Virus record (IMG/VR): IMGVR_UViG_2907202186_000003
Coordinates: 74,081 to 138,080 of that record
DNA length: 64,000 nucleotides
Origin: a virus
Taxonomy: Duplodnaviria; Caudoviricetes
Direction: 5' to 3' (one strand)
Position numbers and translations under genes: made by a program. Shown here one piece after another: positions 17,645 through 26,881 of this stretch; position 1 is the first letter of the stretch; the number at the start of each line of letters is the position of its first letter. The notes under the pieces are model-generated. The model saw nothing but the letters and a program-made list of their open reading frames with translations. It did not search any database and was not told the DNA's origin.

Positions 17645-17722
17645 TTTTTAGTCATATCATACCACTAATATGCAACATCAGTAATAATGAAATGAGGATT
17701 TCAATCTGATTTAATTCAAGTA

Positions 17723-18024
17723 TTAAACCTTAGCTGCTAACGTTAACATTTCATTAAACACTATTAGATTGCTATATGCCTCAATTGGATCGATGTCTCT
17801 CCATTGTGATATTCCTTTTGTCATCTCTTTAATAAGTTCCAAGCCTCTATTATTTACGTTTATGTAATTTCCTTCAGGATAGCGTTTAGAAATTAGCTTT
17901 CGGACTTCTTCCTCTCTTTCCTGATTGAATAACTTCTGTACTTCGTTATCCTTTAAAACTGCCTTTTGTGTTTTACTTCTTCATTGTAAGATTTTAAAGC
18001 CTTCCTTTTTCCCGTTCTATTCAT
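17723..18024 (-). pseudogene. frameshifted hypothetical gene
   Basis: The RBS-supported MNRTGKRK frame stops early. A -1 frame continues ...KDNEVQKLFNQ...AAKV*. Confidence 0.45.
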
Positions 18025-18155
18025 ACAATCGCCTCCTATGTATTGACTTTATATTTTTATTATATTTATTTTATTGTTTAAAGTCAAGCGTTTGTTTTAC
18101 TTTTATTTTAACCCGCTTTGATTTGTTTCATTGGTTTCACCTCCATTAGTTTAAT

Positions 18156-18680
18156 TTAAATCTTTTCCATCCACCAGACTGAGTCAGTGAAATCAAGCAG
18201 CCCGCCTTCGGTCAGGATCGATTGTAAAGCCTTTTTGCCTCCTGCTGGTGTATAAGGTTTACCATCCCCTTTGAAGCCAAAGTAACCGAATGTAGGGTGA
18301 TACAGTGTATAACCTTTTGGAATGATATAGCCACCTGGAACTATAAATTTTTGATTGGACAATTTCACAATTTTCAATGCTGCATTTATAGCTTTCGTTT
18401 CGTCTGTGCGTTCGTGATTAGTGTCATTGAGCGCTACGTACTCAAGAAGGAATGAAGTCATTGGAGATGCAGTAAACTCATTCTCGACTGCTTGAATAAG
18501 AAAGTCTGTTACTTGGATGTTTTCATCTTTCAGTGATTCATGAAAGCCCTGTTTAACTGTCAGTTGCTGACCAGGTAATAATTCGTTGTATGGGTGAGTA
18601 CCAAAGTTAAAGATTTCGTTGGCCAGAAGATCGGAAAGATAATCCAGTTGTTCCATTTGGGAAAGTTGATTGAAGTTCAT
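18156..18680 (-). CDS. hypothetical protein
   Basis: 174-aa ORF with AAGGAG RBS. Confidence 0.7.
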   Translation of the reverse strand: MNFNQLSQMEQLDYLSDLLANEIFNFGTHPYNELLPGQQLTVKQGFHESLKDENIQVTDFLIQAVENEFTASPMTSFLLEYVALNDTNHERTDETKAINAALKIVKLSNQKFIVPGGYIIPKGYTLYHPTFGYFGFKGDGKPYTPAGGKKALQSILTEGGLLDFTDSVWWMEKI

Positions 18681-18951
18681 TATAATACATCTCCTTATAG
18701 TACAATTTATATAGTTATATTTATTTTATTAGCGAAGGATTAAGGACCCATATACAGTTTGACCTTTTAATGCTTGCTTACGTTGCCACTGACTTTTTAA
18801 AACTGCTAATTTAGATTGACTCACTTGATAACAACTCCTCTTTAAATGATTAACCTTATATTTATAATTATAATGATTTTATTAATAAAGTCAAGTCATT
18901 TCTTTACTTTTCGAATTGAATGTCAAAAATAAAACCGCTACATATGAGCGG

Positions 18952-19383
18952 TTAGACTATATAGTATTTGCTTTCCTTCTCTGTGATACGTCTAAACTTA
19001 AATAACACCTCTACAGGTTCATTCACAACATTTGAAACCCTAATCATTGTTTGAGCATCCAAATTGCCATCAGAAAGAATCTGATTAGCTCTTTGCTTAG
19101 TAACTCCTAAAGCTGCTCCTAACTCTTCCTGAGTAATTCCCTTGCTTTTAACTACTTCCTTCGCTGCATTCTCGAAACCTTCGTTTCTAAATATGGCTAG
19201 TTGCTTATCAATGTATTTACTTGCTTTTGGACTGAGGTAAATTTCTTTGCATTGATTACACTGGATAGCTGGAATATGTTCGATAACAAACGTCTTACCA
19301 TATTCCTGGTGTTCCATTGTATGAAGAATATCAGTTAAATCTTTTGAGCCACACTCTACACATTTTGACATTAAAGTACCCAT
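18952..19383 (-). CDS. MqsA/YgiT-type Zn-finger + HTH antitoxin
   Basis: CVECG...IPAIQCNQCKE followed by the Xre HTH ITQEELGAALGVTKQRANQI. Confidence 0.8.
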   Translation of the reverse strand: MGTLMSKCVECGSKDLTDILHTMEHQEYGKTFVIEHIPAIQCNQCKEIYLSPKASKYIDKQLAIFRNEGFENAAKEVVKSKGITQEELGAALGVTKQRANQILSDGNLDAQTMIRVSNVVNEPVEVLFKFRRITEKESKYYIV

Positions 19384-19420
19384 GTAACATTCTCCTTTTA
19401 GATGGACTTGCGGTGATTTC

Positions 19421-19702
19421 TCACCGCTTATCCATTACCGTTATGATTATGATTGCATTTTCTTCATCAAACTTGATTGCCAGTCTATGGCTATGTATTC
19501 CACCCTCAACCTTGTATGATGTGATGCCGTCAGGATTGTCTGTGTCTACTCTTAGGATGCGGTTGACATTGATTAGTATGTCCTCGATGTCAGCAGTCGT
19601 AATATTGCGGTCTGTCATTCGTTGCCTTGCATGAAGTCTGAGGAAGTACTTACCTTGTTTAGCTAGTGACTTGATTAGAGATATGATTTCTTGGTCACTC
19701 AT
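19421..19702 (-). CDS. DUF4258 / RelE-like toxin
   Basis: HARQRMTDRNIT...IITV; lies upstream of the Zn-finger HTH gene. Confidence 0.75.
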   Translation of the reverse strand: MSDQEIISLIKSLAKQGKYFLRLHARQRMTDRNITTADIEDILINVNRILRVDTDNPDGITSYKVEGGIHSHRLAIKFDEENAIIIITVMDKR

Positions 19703-20058
19703 TATGATATCACCTCACTTATCTATAAGTCAATTATACGCTTAACTTTGAGATTAGTCAATATATTTATACTGTATTTGTATGTTTATTTTGTTATAAA
19801 TACAAATAAACCGCCAATTATTTTTGACGGTTAAAGGTGATCTGATATCGACAGCCGTAAGGCTGTACGGAGCAAAACAGACGCTTCAGCGGATTTTTGT
19901 GACGTGCCTTTAATGTGCGAAGCACTAAGATTAATACTCAATCGATAATTAAGAAAAAATCCTTGTGAATACTTATATTTTCAATAAAAAGTTGGACAAA
20001 ACAACCTTATTAATATACTTATATAATAAGCCTGTTATAGCCAACTTTTTAATCATGT

Positions 20059-21180
20059 TTAAGTATTTTCTCCTTTATTTAAATGGATTTTTTCAATATC
20101 AGACCTTATGTTTGTGGCATTTTGATCAATTAATGTGTTAACTAACTTCTTATTGTTTTTTATGTATGTGAGCACAGATCTATAATAATTCTCTTTGCTT
20201 TTTATAGCTCTATTGTGCCTTGTTTTCCCATTTTCCAGCAGCTTTGATTTAATATTATTGTTTACATTTAAAAATCTGCTCATTTTCTCTTCGTCAGTAA
20301 GTGTGAAATTATCAATGTCCTGAATGTCTTGTAATGCGTTTAAAGCATGTTCTTCATTAAAAATAATCTTATAAGAATTATAGTAAAAATAAATATTGTG
20401 ATTGTCAAAAGTAATAGCTTGTACTCTACTTTTAAATGTGTCCCACAATCCCTTTTTTACAACCTCTTGTTTATCATGACATTCTAATTCGTCCATTACA
20501 TCGCGTTCAGCTGCTAGTATTATTTGAACCTCATTCTTAGTTGCTTCCCTATGGGTCATTCTCACACTAGAACTTATTCCAAAGCTATATACCCTATTAC
20601 CATACTTATCTTTCTTATATGAATCTTTAACTGCCTTGATCTTTCCTGAATCATTTATAGCAACATTAGCATCAATTATACACACAGTCATAGCATAAGA
20701 CCACATTACTAAAGACTTCTCTTTAAGCCTGTTTAGTGCATTCTCTAAGCTCCTGGTTAATGAATCCCTAGATAGATCATAGAACTCATATATTTCTTTC
20801 TCGCTTATGTCGGTGAACAAGCTTAACTTTGGAACATGTTTACGTCCAAAATTATAATTATCATGAACCATATTTAATAATAAAAATAATGAACTCTTAG
20901 GAAGAAAGGCTTGCCCATTCCTTTCCTGTATAATTAGATCAAGCAATAACTCCTCTATGTCACTTATGTATCCATATCTACTAAGTTTGTGTCTTGGTTT
21001 CTTATAAACCTTTTCAATATTATATTTATTGCCAAGCCTAGTATATTCAAAATACATTGTCCAGTCTTCGAGCTGCTTCCTTTTTGATGTTCCATTCTTA
21101 ATGGGTTCATTCAAGAATAAGCATAACTCCTTGTAGTTCTTAAATAGTCGACCTTTTTTTAATTTAGATGTATCGATAAT
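20059..21180 (-). CDS. conserved phage DNA-binding/replication-associated protein (probable non-ATG start)
   Basis: 351-aa ORF whose frame extends upstream through FKNYKELC to an ATT at 21180 after a GGGGGG RBS. Confidence 0.6.
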   Translation of the reverse strand: MIDTSKLKKGRLFKNYKELCLFLNEPIKNGTSKRKQLEDWTMYFEYTRLGNKYNIEKVYKKPRHKLSRYGYISDIEELLLDLIIQERNGQAFLPKSSLFLLLNMVHDNYNFGRKHVPKLSLFTDISEKEIYEFYDLSRDSLTRSLENALNRLKEKSLVMWSYAMTVCIIDANVAINDSGKIKAVKDSYKKDKYGNRVYSFGISSSVRMTHREATKNEVQIILAAERDVMDELECHDKQEVVKKGLWDTFKSRVQAITFDNHNIYFYYNSYKIIFNEEHALNALQDIQDIDNFTLTDEEKMSRFLNVNNNIKSKLLENGKTRHNRAIKSKENYYRSVLTYIKNNKKLVNTLIDQNATNIRSDIEKIHLNKGENT

Positions 21181-22624
21181 TCATTCCCCCCCAAAATGAT
21201 GAATGTTATTGGTGTATGAGAACCGTTAAATAGGACACATAAGAGATGATCGTGTAAAGAATGATAGATATAACAAGATAGAGTGTACTAGTTAGATAGT
21301 ACACTCATAGATAAGACAAAATTTGCCCATTTTATGTTAAGGCTCGATAAAACTGCACCCCCAGGCATGAGGCTTCTAATTTAAAATTGAGTTTGGCCAC
21401 ATTTTTCGAAAATTTTCATCTCATTTTCAAATCACCTCATGCAATGATTGTCCTATCTCTAGATGGTACACAATATATCTTATATACCATCTAGGAAGGG
21501 TATGGGGGGATAGTTAAAAGCCCAAAAACTGGCAGATATGCAAAAAAATTCGGCAGCACATCCATTTCCACACCCATTCATAATTTTCCCTTCTCACTGT
21601 TTTACGTCATTTTCATCAAATTTGACATCGTATTCGTAATCGTATTACCCCCATTTTCCCCTTTGTTTATATACACTTTTTCACCTTACTTTTTTACGTC
21701 TTATCCTCTCTTTGCCCATTTTAAACATCAAAATCACCATTTCCCCCTTATTCTATATAGGGTTTTACGATGTCGAGTTAACGATATAGCCCTTTTCGAC
21801 CTGTTCTTCATCTTATTCCCTTATAAAATCTACACTTTTCTCTCCTCACGATAAAATGGTCAATCGTCACATTTTCAATTTGCGATAACATTTCGGGTAA
21901 TTGTTAGAGTAGGGATACTTGATTTATTGAAAGATGGGTGTTTCAAGAGTTATTAGTTCCTTTTCCTGCAGATATAATGATTTCTTATCCAGTATCTAAG
22001 TCTGTCGGCAATGTTAGGAATATAAATCCAGAACTAATTGAGGAAATACCTTTAAACTCGAAGTAGCAACAAACCCGATAAAATGTATGAGCGTAGGATA
22101 CACCCCAACTTCAATTCTACGCTCTAATCTCTTATTAATTAATCATGAATTCAGCATATAACTACCTCCACCAATACAAACACCTTGCCTGTGTAATTAA
22201 TTTCAATTTCATTGATTTAATTAATAGCGAATAAGCAAGATGAGGCACTAGCAAGATCCTCCAACAATAATCAAAGAATCTCCCTCCACCATACTTCAAG
22301 TTTAAATTCTATATAGTCAAACCTCTAACATCGATTTTAAGCTCAAATTCTAAAGAGTAATCAATAGAATCAGAACATACCTCCCCAAACAAGTACAAAC
22401 ACCTCACCTGAACATTTATATTTCAAATTCATGATTAATTTATTAGCTAATTCAAGAACTATAATAATCACTCAACCTTTAACAATTTAAATATAATCAA
22501 ATTCAAATATAATACCCAAGCGCAAGCGATCATTGCCAAACAGGGGGAAAATGTTTTTCGCCCCCCTTTAAATACTGGTTCTAATTGTCTATATTTCTAT
22601 AGTCTATATATACTCTTTATATAG

Positions 22625-22718
22625 GTGCAAAATATGCAGCATAAATTGCACTTCAAACTAGTAATTTCTGCACTTCAAACTAGTAAATTTTGCACCTCTA
22701 GTGGTAATTTTTGCACTT
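22625..22718. repeat. iteron-like direct repeats (candidate origin)
   Basis: TGCAC cores at 22647, 22669, 22691 and 22712 (21-22 bp period); TGCACTTCAAACTAGTAA is exact twice. Confidence 0.75.
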
Positions 22719-22767
22719 AGCAAAAAATGGCGTCATATCAAGGGGTAATATTCACAGAAAAAAGAGA

Positions 22768-23385
22768 CTAAAGAAGATTCTCTAGTCTCACATCATAATG
22801 GTTATTGTATCTGTTCCAATTCATCATTCCATCTTCATCATATTCAGATCTAACCTTGTGCTCTGTAATATTCAACAACTTTGCATTCTTTAATCGCTTA
22901 TTGTATTCAATAATTGATCTAACCGACACTCCAGTATCACGTTGAATTGTCTCTTGAGATGCATAGCAAAACTGATTTATTGTGTTAGCTCTAATAATAA
23001 AGCTTTCGTAATAGTATAGCAGCCTAAACCCAACGCAACCTATGTTGTTTATCCTGGTGAACAGTTTGGTTGGGAGCTGTGTAAATGGTTTTGTGAATAA
23101 TATTTTATTCAATCGTACAACGCTCATCTGCTTTCTATGTATAACTACTTCGTCCATTATGTATTCCTGCTCATATAGATTTGTTAGTGATTTCTTTAAG
23201 GTTCTATTGTCATGTATTCCTATTACCCGTTTTACCTCATTGAAGTCTACCTCGAACAAATCCTTTTTACTACCAGAAAAGAAATGAGCATACTTTAAAC
23301 TGGCTAGAACGCAGAAGTCCAGTGGGTTAATATTCGGATCTCTTACAATATAGTTTGGGACTTGAATGAAAGCTGTATTACTCAT
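22768..23385 (-). CDS. winged-HTH replication-initiator-like protein
   Basis: Two FxQxP-started repeats; CYASQETIQRDTGVSVRSI HTH; adjacent to the iterons. Confidence 0.65.
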   Translation of the reverse strand: MSNTAFIQVPNYIVRDPNINPLDFCVLASLKYAHFFSGSKKDLFEVDFNEVKRVIGIHDNRTLKKSLTNLYEQEYIMDEVVIHRKQMSVVRLNKILFTKPFTQLPTKLFTRINNIGCVGFRLLYYYESFIIRANTINQFCYASQETIQRDTGVSVRSIIEYNKRLKNAKLLNITEHKVRSEYDEDGMMNWNRYNNHYDVRLENLL

Positions 23386-25636
23386 TGAAACTATCCAGTC
23401 TTAGTAATTCACAAAGATGCGTATTTCTGCGTTTACTCTCCACTTTGCGGATTGCAAAATTAATTGTCTCAGCTTGAGTAATTAGTATCCCCTTTTTCTT
23501 GGCTCTTGTAAGCATTGTATAAAGCATGTTTGCTGATACCTGGAACTTATGAGATCGATCAACAATACTTAATACTGCAGGTGCACTATCGCCCTGCGCT
23601 TTATGTCCAGTTCTACACCAGGCAGCTAACAATTGAAATACATCTTTATAGTCAATTCTAAATGCTCCAGTATCAAACTCAATGATTATCCCCTTCTTAT
23701 CACGTTCCAGCAATTCATCTGAATCTGTTTTAGCGTCTTCAAACTTTAGGTCAATTACTTTTCCTGAATCACCATTTACAATATCCACTATAGTTTCTTC
23801 TAGGTTTTTAACTCTGTACATGTTTGTTGTATTAAGGATATAATCTCCTACTCGGATCACATTTTCATTATCCTTACCGTATTCATATTCAAGTTTATCT
23901 TCTGACTTAGCATTTACAATAGATTGAATATATTTATTTATTTGAACTGTACCAAGTTTATTCTTCTTAGTTGGAGTCAACACCATTATTTCTTCGGGCT
24001 CATACTCATTAAGAAGGTAATTGTAATAATGCTTATAACCATTCTCCATATCAGCTTGATATAGACAATGAATCAGCAAATCCTTCCCAAACAATTTCTT
24101 ACCTTCAAAATCGTCTTTAAGGAAGTACTCTCCCTTTCGGATCTTTGTAGCAACATCCAGAAGTCCACCCTCTTCTTGTCTAAAAACAATATCTAACTTA
24201 GTCATAGGTATAACTCCACTTTCAATTGAATCATGCAAAACGTTTCCAGCTTGGATTGACAAGAACTGAAAGTCATCGCCTACAAAGAGAATTCTCGCTT
24301 TAGGGTTCTTAATCTTTGCTAAAAGTGAGGAAAGGATGTAAATGTCAGTCATACCCGATTCATCGATTATTACAAAATCCTCATTAATCTCATACATCAT
24401 TTCTTCATCCTTGCCAGCACCATAGCCAATCTTCCGATGTATTGTTTGAGCGTCAAATCCTGTGTATTGCTTTGTTACTTTGGCAGCCTGTGCAGAAGGG
24501 GATAAAAGTGTATAAGTTAATTTCAACTGGCTTAATAATTCAATAAGGAATTTTTGTAATTGGCTTTTTCCCGTTCCAGCATATCCTGCAAGCAATCCCG
24601 CCTTTGAATGTCTAATCATCCTAAAAAAGTCTTTCTGTTGATGCGTTAGACCATTAACTAAAATATCCTTATATTTATTTTCAATTTGTTTAATAAACTC
24701 ATCAGGATTAAAGTTTAACTCCTCACCATTGCTCTCGCTTAACATCATCTTCAATCGTTTTGCTATGTATTTTTCTGCATTATACGCTTTAATGAGTGAT
24801 ACTTTATCATCAATAAACTTCAATTCCCCTGTTTTTTCAAGAATCTGTTCAACCAAGCATTCTTCAACCTCTAACTTTTCCGATGAAGATCTTAACAACT
24901 CATCACGATACATAAAGGTATGACCCTGCTGTTCGTTATCTTCGAGTGTATATCTGATTCCATACTCAATTCTATTTTCATCATTAAACTGCACACCCAT
25001 TGCTCGTGCTATCTTATCTGCGCGTTTAAATCCAAAACCGTTTAGCTTGGTAAGTATGTATGGACACTCATCGAGTTTCTGCGTTGCTAATTGGATAGAC
25101 CCAAGCAATGTTTTCAACTTTGTGATAATCTCATATGTAATTCCGAACCTAGCATATTTACTAAGAATATCTTTGAACTCAATGTTTTCTTCAATACGAT
25201 TTTTAATCTTTATCAATGTTTTTTCTCCAAAGTGTTTTACTTTTTTATAATCGAACTTATCCTTCATTATCAGCTCTATAATATCCTCGTCAGGATAAGT
25301 TCGGTATACTTCAGCCAACTGTATTTCCGTCATCATTGTAGCCAGGAATTCTTTTTGTCCATCTAACGTTTCCGGTACATCTTGATATATGGATATGATG
25401 TTATAACTTGCTCCAAATTTCGGATCAATTTTATCAAGAACAATTTGTGCTGTATACTCAGTATCTAACTCCAAACGTTGCATAACGCCTTTTATTGAAA
25501 CATTTCCGTACTCATTCTTCTCAACCTCGCTGCTATTCGTAATACATGCGTATATCCGAAAGTCGTTCTTATTGTCTGCTTCCTTTTTTGGAAACATCAT
25601 TCGTACAGGCGTTAATTTTAGTTCAATAAAGCTCAA
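23378..25636 (-). CDS. recD2: RecD2-like SF1B DNA helicase
   Basis: HhH GFGFKRAD; Walker A AGYAGTGKS; IIDESGM; VGDDFQ; TGHKAQG; LYTMLTRA. Confidence 0.92.
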   Translation of the reverse strand: MSFIELKLTPVRMMFPKKEADNKNDFRIYACITNSSEVEKNEYGNVSIKGVMQRLELDTEYTAQIVLDKIDPKFGASYNIISIYQDVPETLDGQKEFLATMMTEIQLAEVYRTYPDEDIIELIMKDKFDYKKVKHFGEKTLIKIKNRIEENIEFKDILSKYARFGITYEIITKLKTLLGSIQLATQKLDECPYILTKLNGFGFKRADKIARAMGVQFNDENRIEYGIRYTLEDNEQQGHTFMYRDELLRSSSEKLEVEECLVEQILEKTGELKFIDDKVSLIKAYNAEKYIAKRLKMMLSESNGEELNFNPDEFIKQIENKYKDILVNGLTHQQKDFFRMIRHSKAGLLAGYAGTGKSQLQKFLIELLSQLKLTYTLLSPSAQAAKVTKQYTGFDAQTIHRKIGYGAGKDEEMMYEINEDFVIIDESGMTDIYILSSLLAKIKNPKARILFVGDDFQFLSIQAGNVLHDSIESGVIPMTKLDIVFRQEEGGLLDVATKIRKGEYFLKDDFEGKKLFGKDLLIHCLYQADMENGYKHYYNYLLNEYEPEEIMVLTPTKKNKLGTVQINKYIQSIVNAKSEDKLEYEYGKDNENVIRVGDYILNTTNMYRVKNLEETIVDIVNGDSGKVIDLKFEDAKTDSDELLERDKKGIIIEFDTGAFRIDYKDVFQLLAAWCRTGHKAQGDSAPAVLSIVDRSHKFQVSANMLYTMLTRAKKKGILITQAETINFAIRKVESKRRNTHLCELLRLDSFNE

Positions 25637-26673
25637 CCAATCATCTCCTTTTGACTAATCATTTCTAACGCTTCTTTCTTCATTTGAATAATGGTTCCTA
25701 CAGATTGCTGCTTGATGAGTTGGATCAGTTCTTCTTTACTGAGCAATTCAAACACATCATCATCAAGCCTATCGTCCATTCTTAGACTAATGCTCTGTGA
25801 GTAATCCTTCAACTTATGTCTGTAGTATTTATTTGTAGTGTTGATGTCGCTATGATTCAAATGTTCCTTCACTTCTTCAAGAGACCCATAGCTTGCAGCA
25901 ACGTTTCGGAAACTGTGAAATACAATGTTTCTTTCTTCCGATATGCCCATTTCATTCTTAAGTGAATCCATCATACTTTGTATCGTTGTCTTGCTTAAGT
26001 GGAATATCTTATTATCGCTGTATTTCTCATAATACTTTTGTTCTTTTATTAACAGTAATTCAGAATACAATTCAGAGGATATGGGAACAGTATGTTTCTT
26101 ACCTCCTTTACCTATAGTAGTTACTAAATAATGATCTGCTTCTGGATTCTTCTTGATATCTGTCCACCCAAGTTTCAAGAGTGAAGACTTACGAAAACTT
26201 GTGGTGTAAGCAAGCCTAATGAGAGATGATTTTTCCTGACCCTTGGTTTGTTTCTTAACCAGGTTAGCCATAAGCTCTGCTTCATTAAAAAATAGACTGC
26301 CCGCAGATTCAGAATCGTCTGGGAGAACATCGACTTTCAAGTACTTAGAATTAACTTCATACTCATTTATTTCAAGGAACTCATACAAACTTTGGATAGC
26401 AGCCATCATATTATTAATAGTCGTGTTTGTATAATCTGCTTCATGATTTCTTAAGTAGACCTGGTATTTTACTACATCTGCATTTCGAACATGCAAATCA
26501 TCTTTCTGAAGCATCTCAATTGATTTCTGAGCAAACCACATGAAGAAAGATCTAATGCTTCTTTCATAGTTGCTCTGAGTGTTCTTACTTTCAAATTTGG
26601 AAACAAAAGTTCTTATGTCTTCATATACTGTTCCTGTATGTAATCCTACTATATTGTTTTTAGCTGCATTCAT
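25633..26673 (-). CDS. tyrosine recombinase-family protein
   Basis: Catalytic set present: R (SFRKSS), K (GKGGK), HxxR (FHSFR), H and Y (LNHSDINTTNKYY); N-terminal SAM-like core-binding domain. Confidence 0.85.
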   Translation of the reverse strand: MNAAKNNIVGLHTGTVYEDIRTFVSKFESKNTQSNYERSIRSFFMWFAQKSIEMLQKDDLHVRNADVVKYQVYLRNHEADYTNTTINNMMAAIQSLYEFLEINEYEVNSKYLKVDVLPDDSESAGSLFFNEAELMANLVKKQTKGQEKSSLIRLAYTTSFRKSSLLKLGWTDIKKNPEADHYLVTTIGKGGKKHTVPISSELYSELLLIKEQKYYEKYSDNKIFHLSKTTIQSMMDSLKNEMGISEERNIVFHSFRNVAASYGSLEEVKEHLNHSDINTTNKYYRHKLKDYSQSISLRMDDRLDDDVFELLSKEELIQLIKQQSVGTIIQMKKEALEMISQKEMIG

Positions 26674-26700
26674 CTTTGCAACCTCCCTTCGATTAATTAC

Positions 26701-26782
26701 ATTTTATCATTATAATGAAAACAAAGTCAATAAAATAAAAATATTAATATCGATTGACACACAGTTTATTTGTTGATATATT
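26701..26782. promoter_or_regulatory. divergent sigma-A promoters
   Basis: Plus strand: TTGACA 26754-26759, 17 bp, TG-A-TATATT. Minus strand: TTGACT 26730-26725, 18 bp, TG-A-TAAAAT. Confidence 0.7.
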
Positions 26783-26881
26783 TGATTCACAGAGATAAAC
26801 ATTCTCTGGAATACAGATGGCAATGTACCTTTTGAATGTTACTCTCTGAATTCAAAATTAGAGAGGATTTATAAATAATTA

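Larger units (their letters stand above)
16..17704. repeat. Dispersed array of about 30 18-bp imperfect palindromes RTRAAA-N6-TTTYAT at gene junctions
   Basis: Copies start at 16, 637, 1430, 2212, 2839, 4235, 5364, 5759, 6414, 7130, 7370, 7734, 7992, 8693, 8770, 9039, 11131, 12096, 12677, 12984, 13309, 13452, 14606, 15749, 16098, 16641 and 17687. Degenerate copies start at 5581, 6728 and 15291. Example: ATGAAA-GGATCA-TTTCAT at 7992-8009. Confidence 0.9.

Noticed and set aside
16-17704. Classical integron attC sites
   Set aside because: There are no GTTRRRY/RYYYAAC boxes or long bottom-strand hairpins. The sites are only 18 bp, so any cassette system would be non-classical.
16-17704. 18-bp motif as intrinsic terminators
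   Set aside because: The arms are AT-only, imperfect and lack U-tracts, so they are too weak to be terminators.
21663-21854. 63-aa plus-strand ORF
   Set aside because: Low-complexity F/Y-rich translation of a pyrimidine tract with no RBS.
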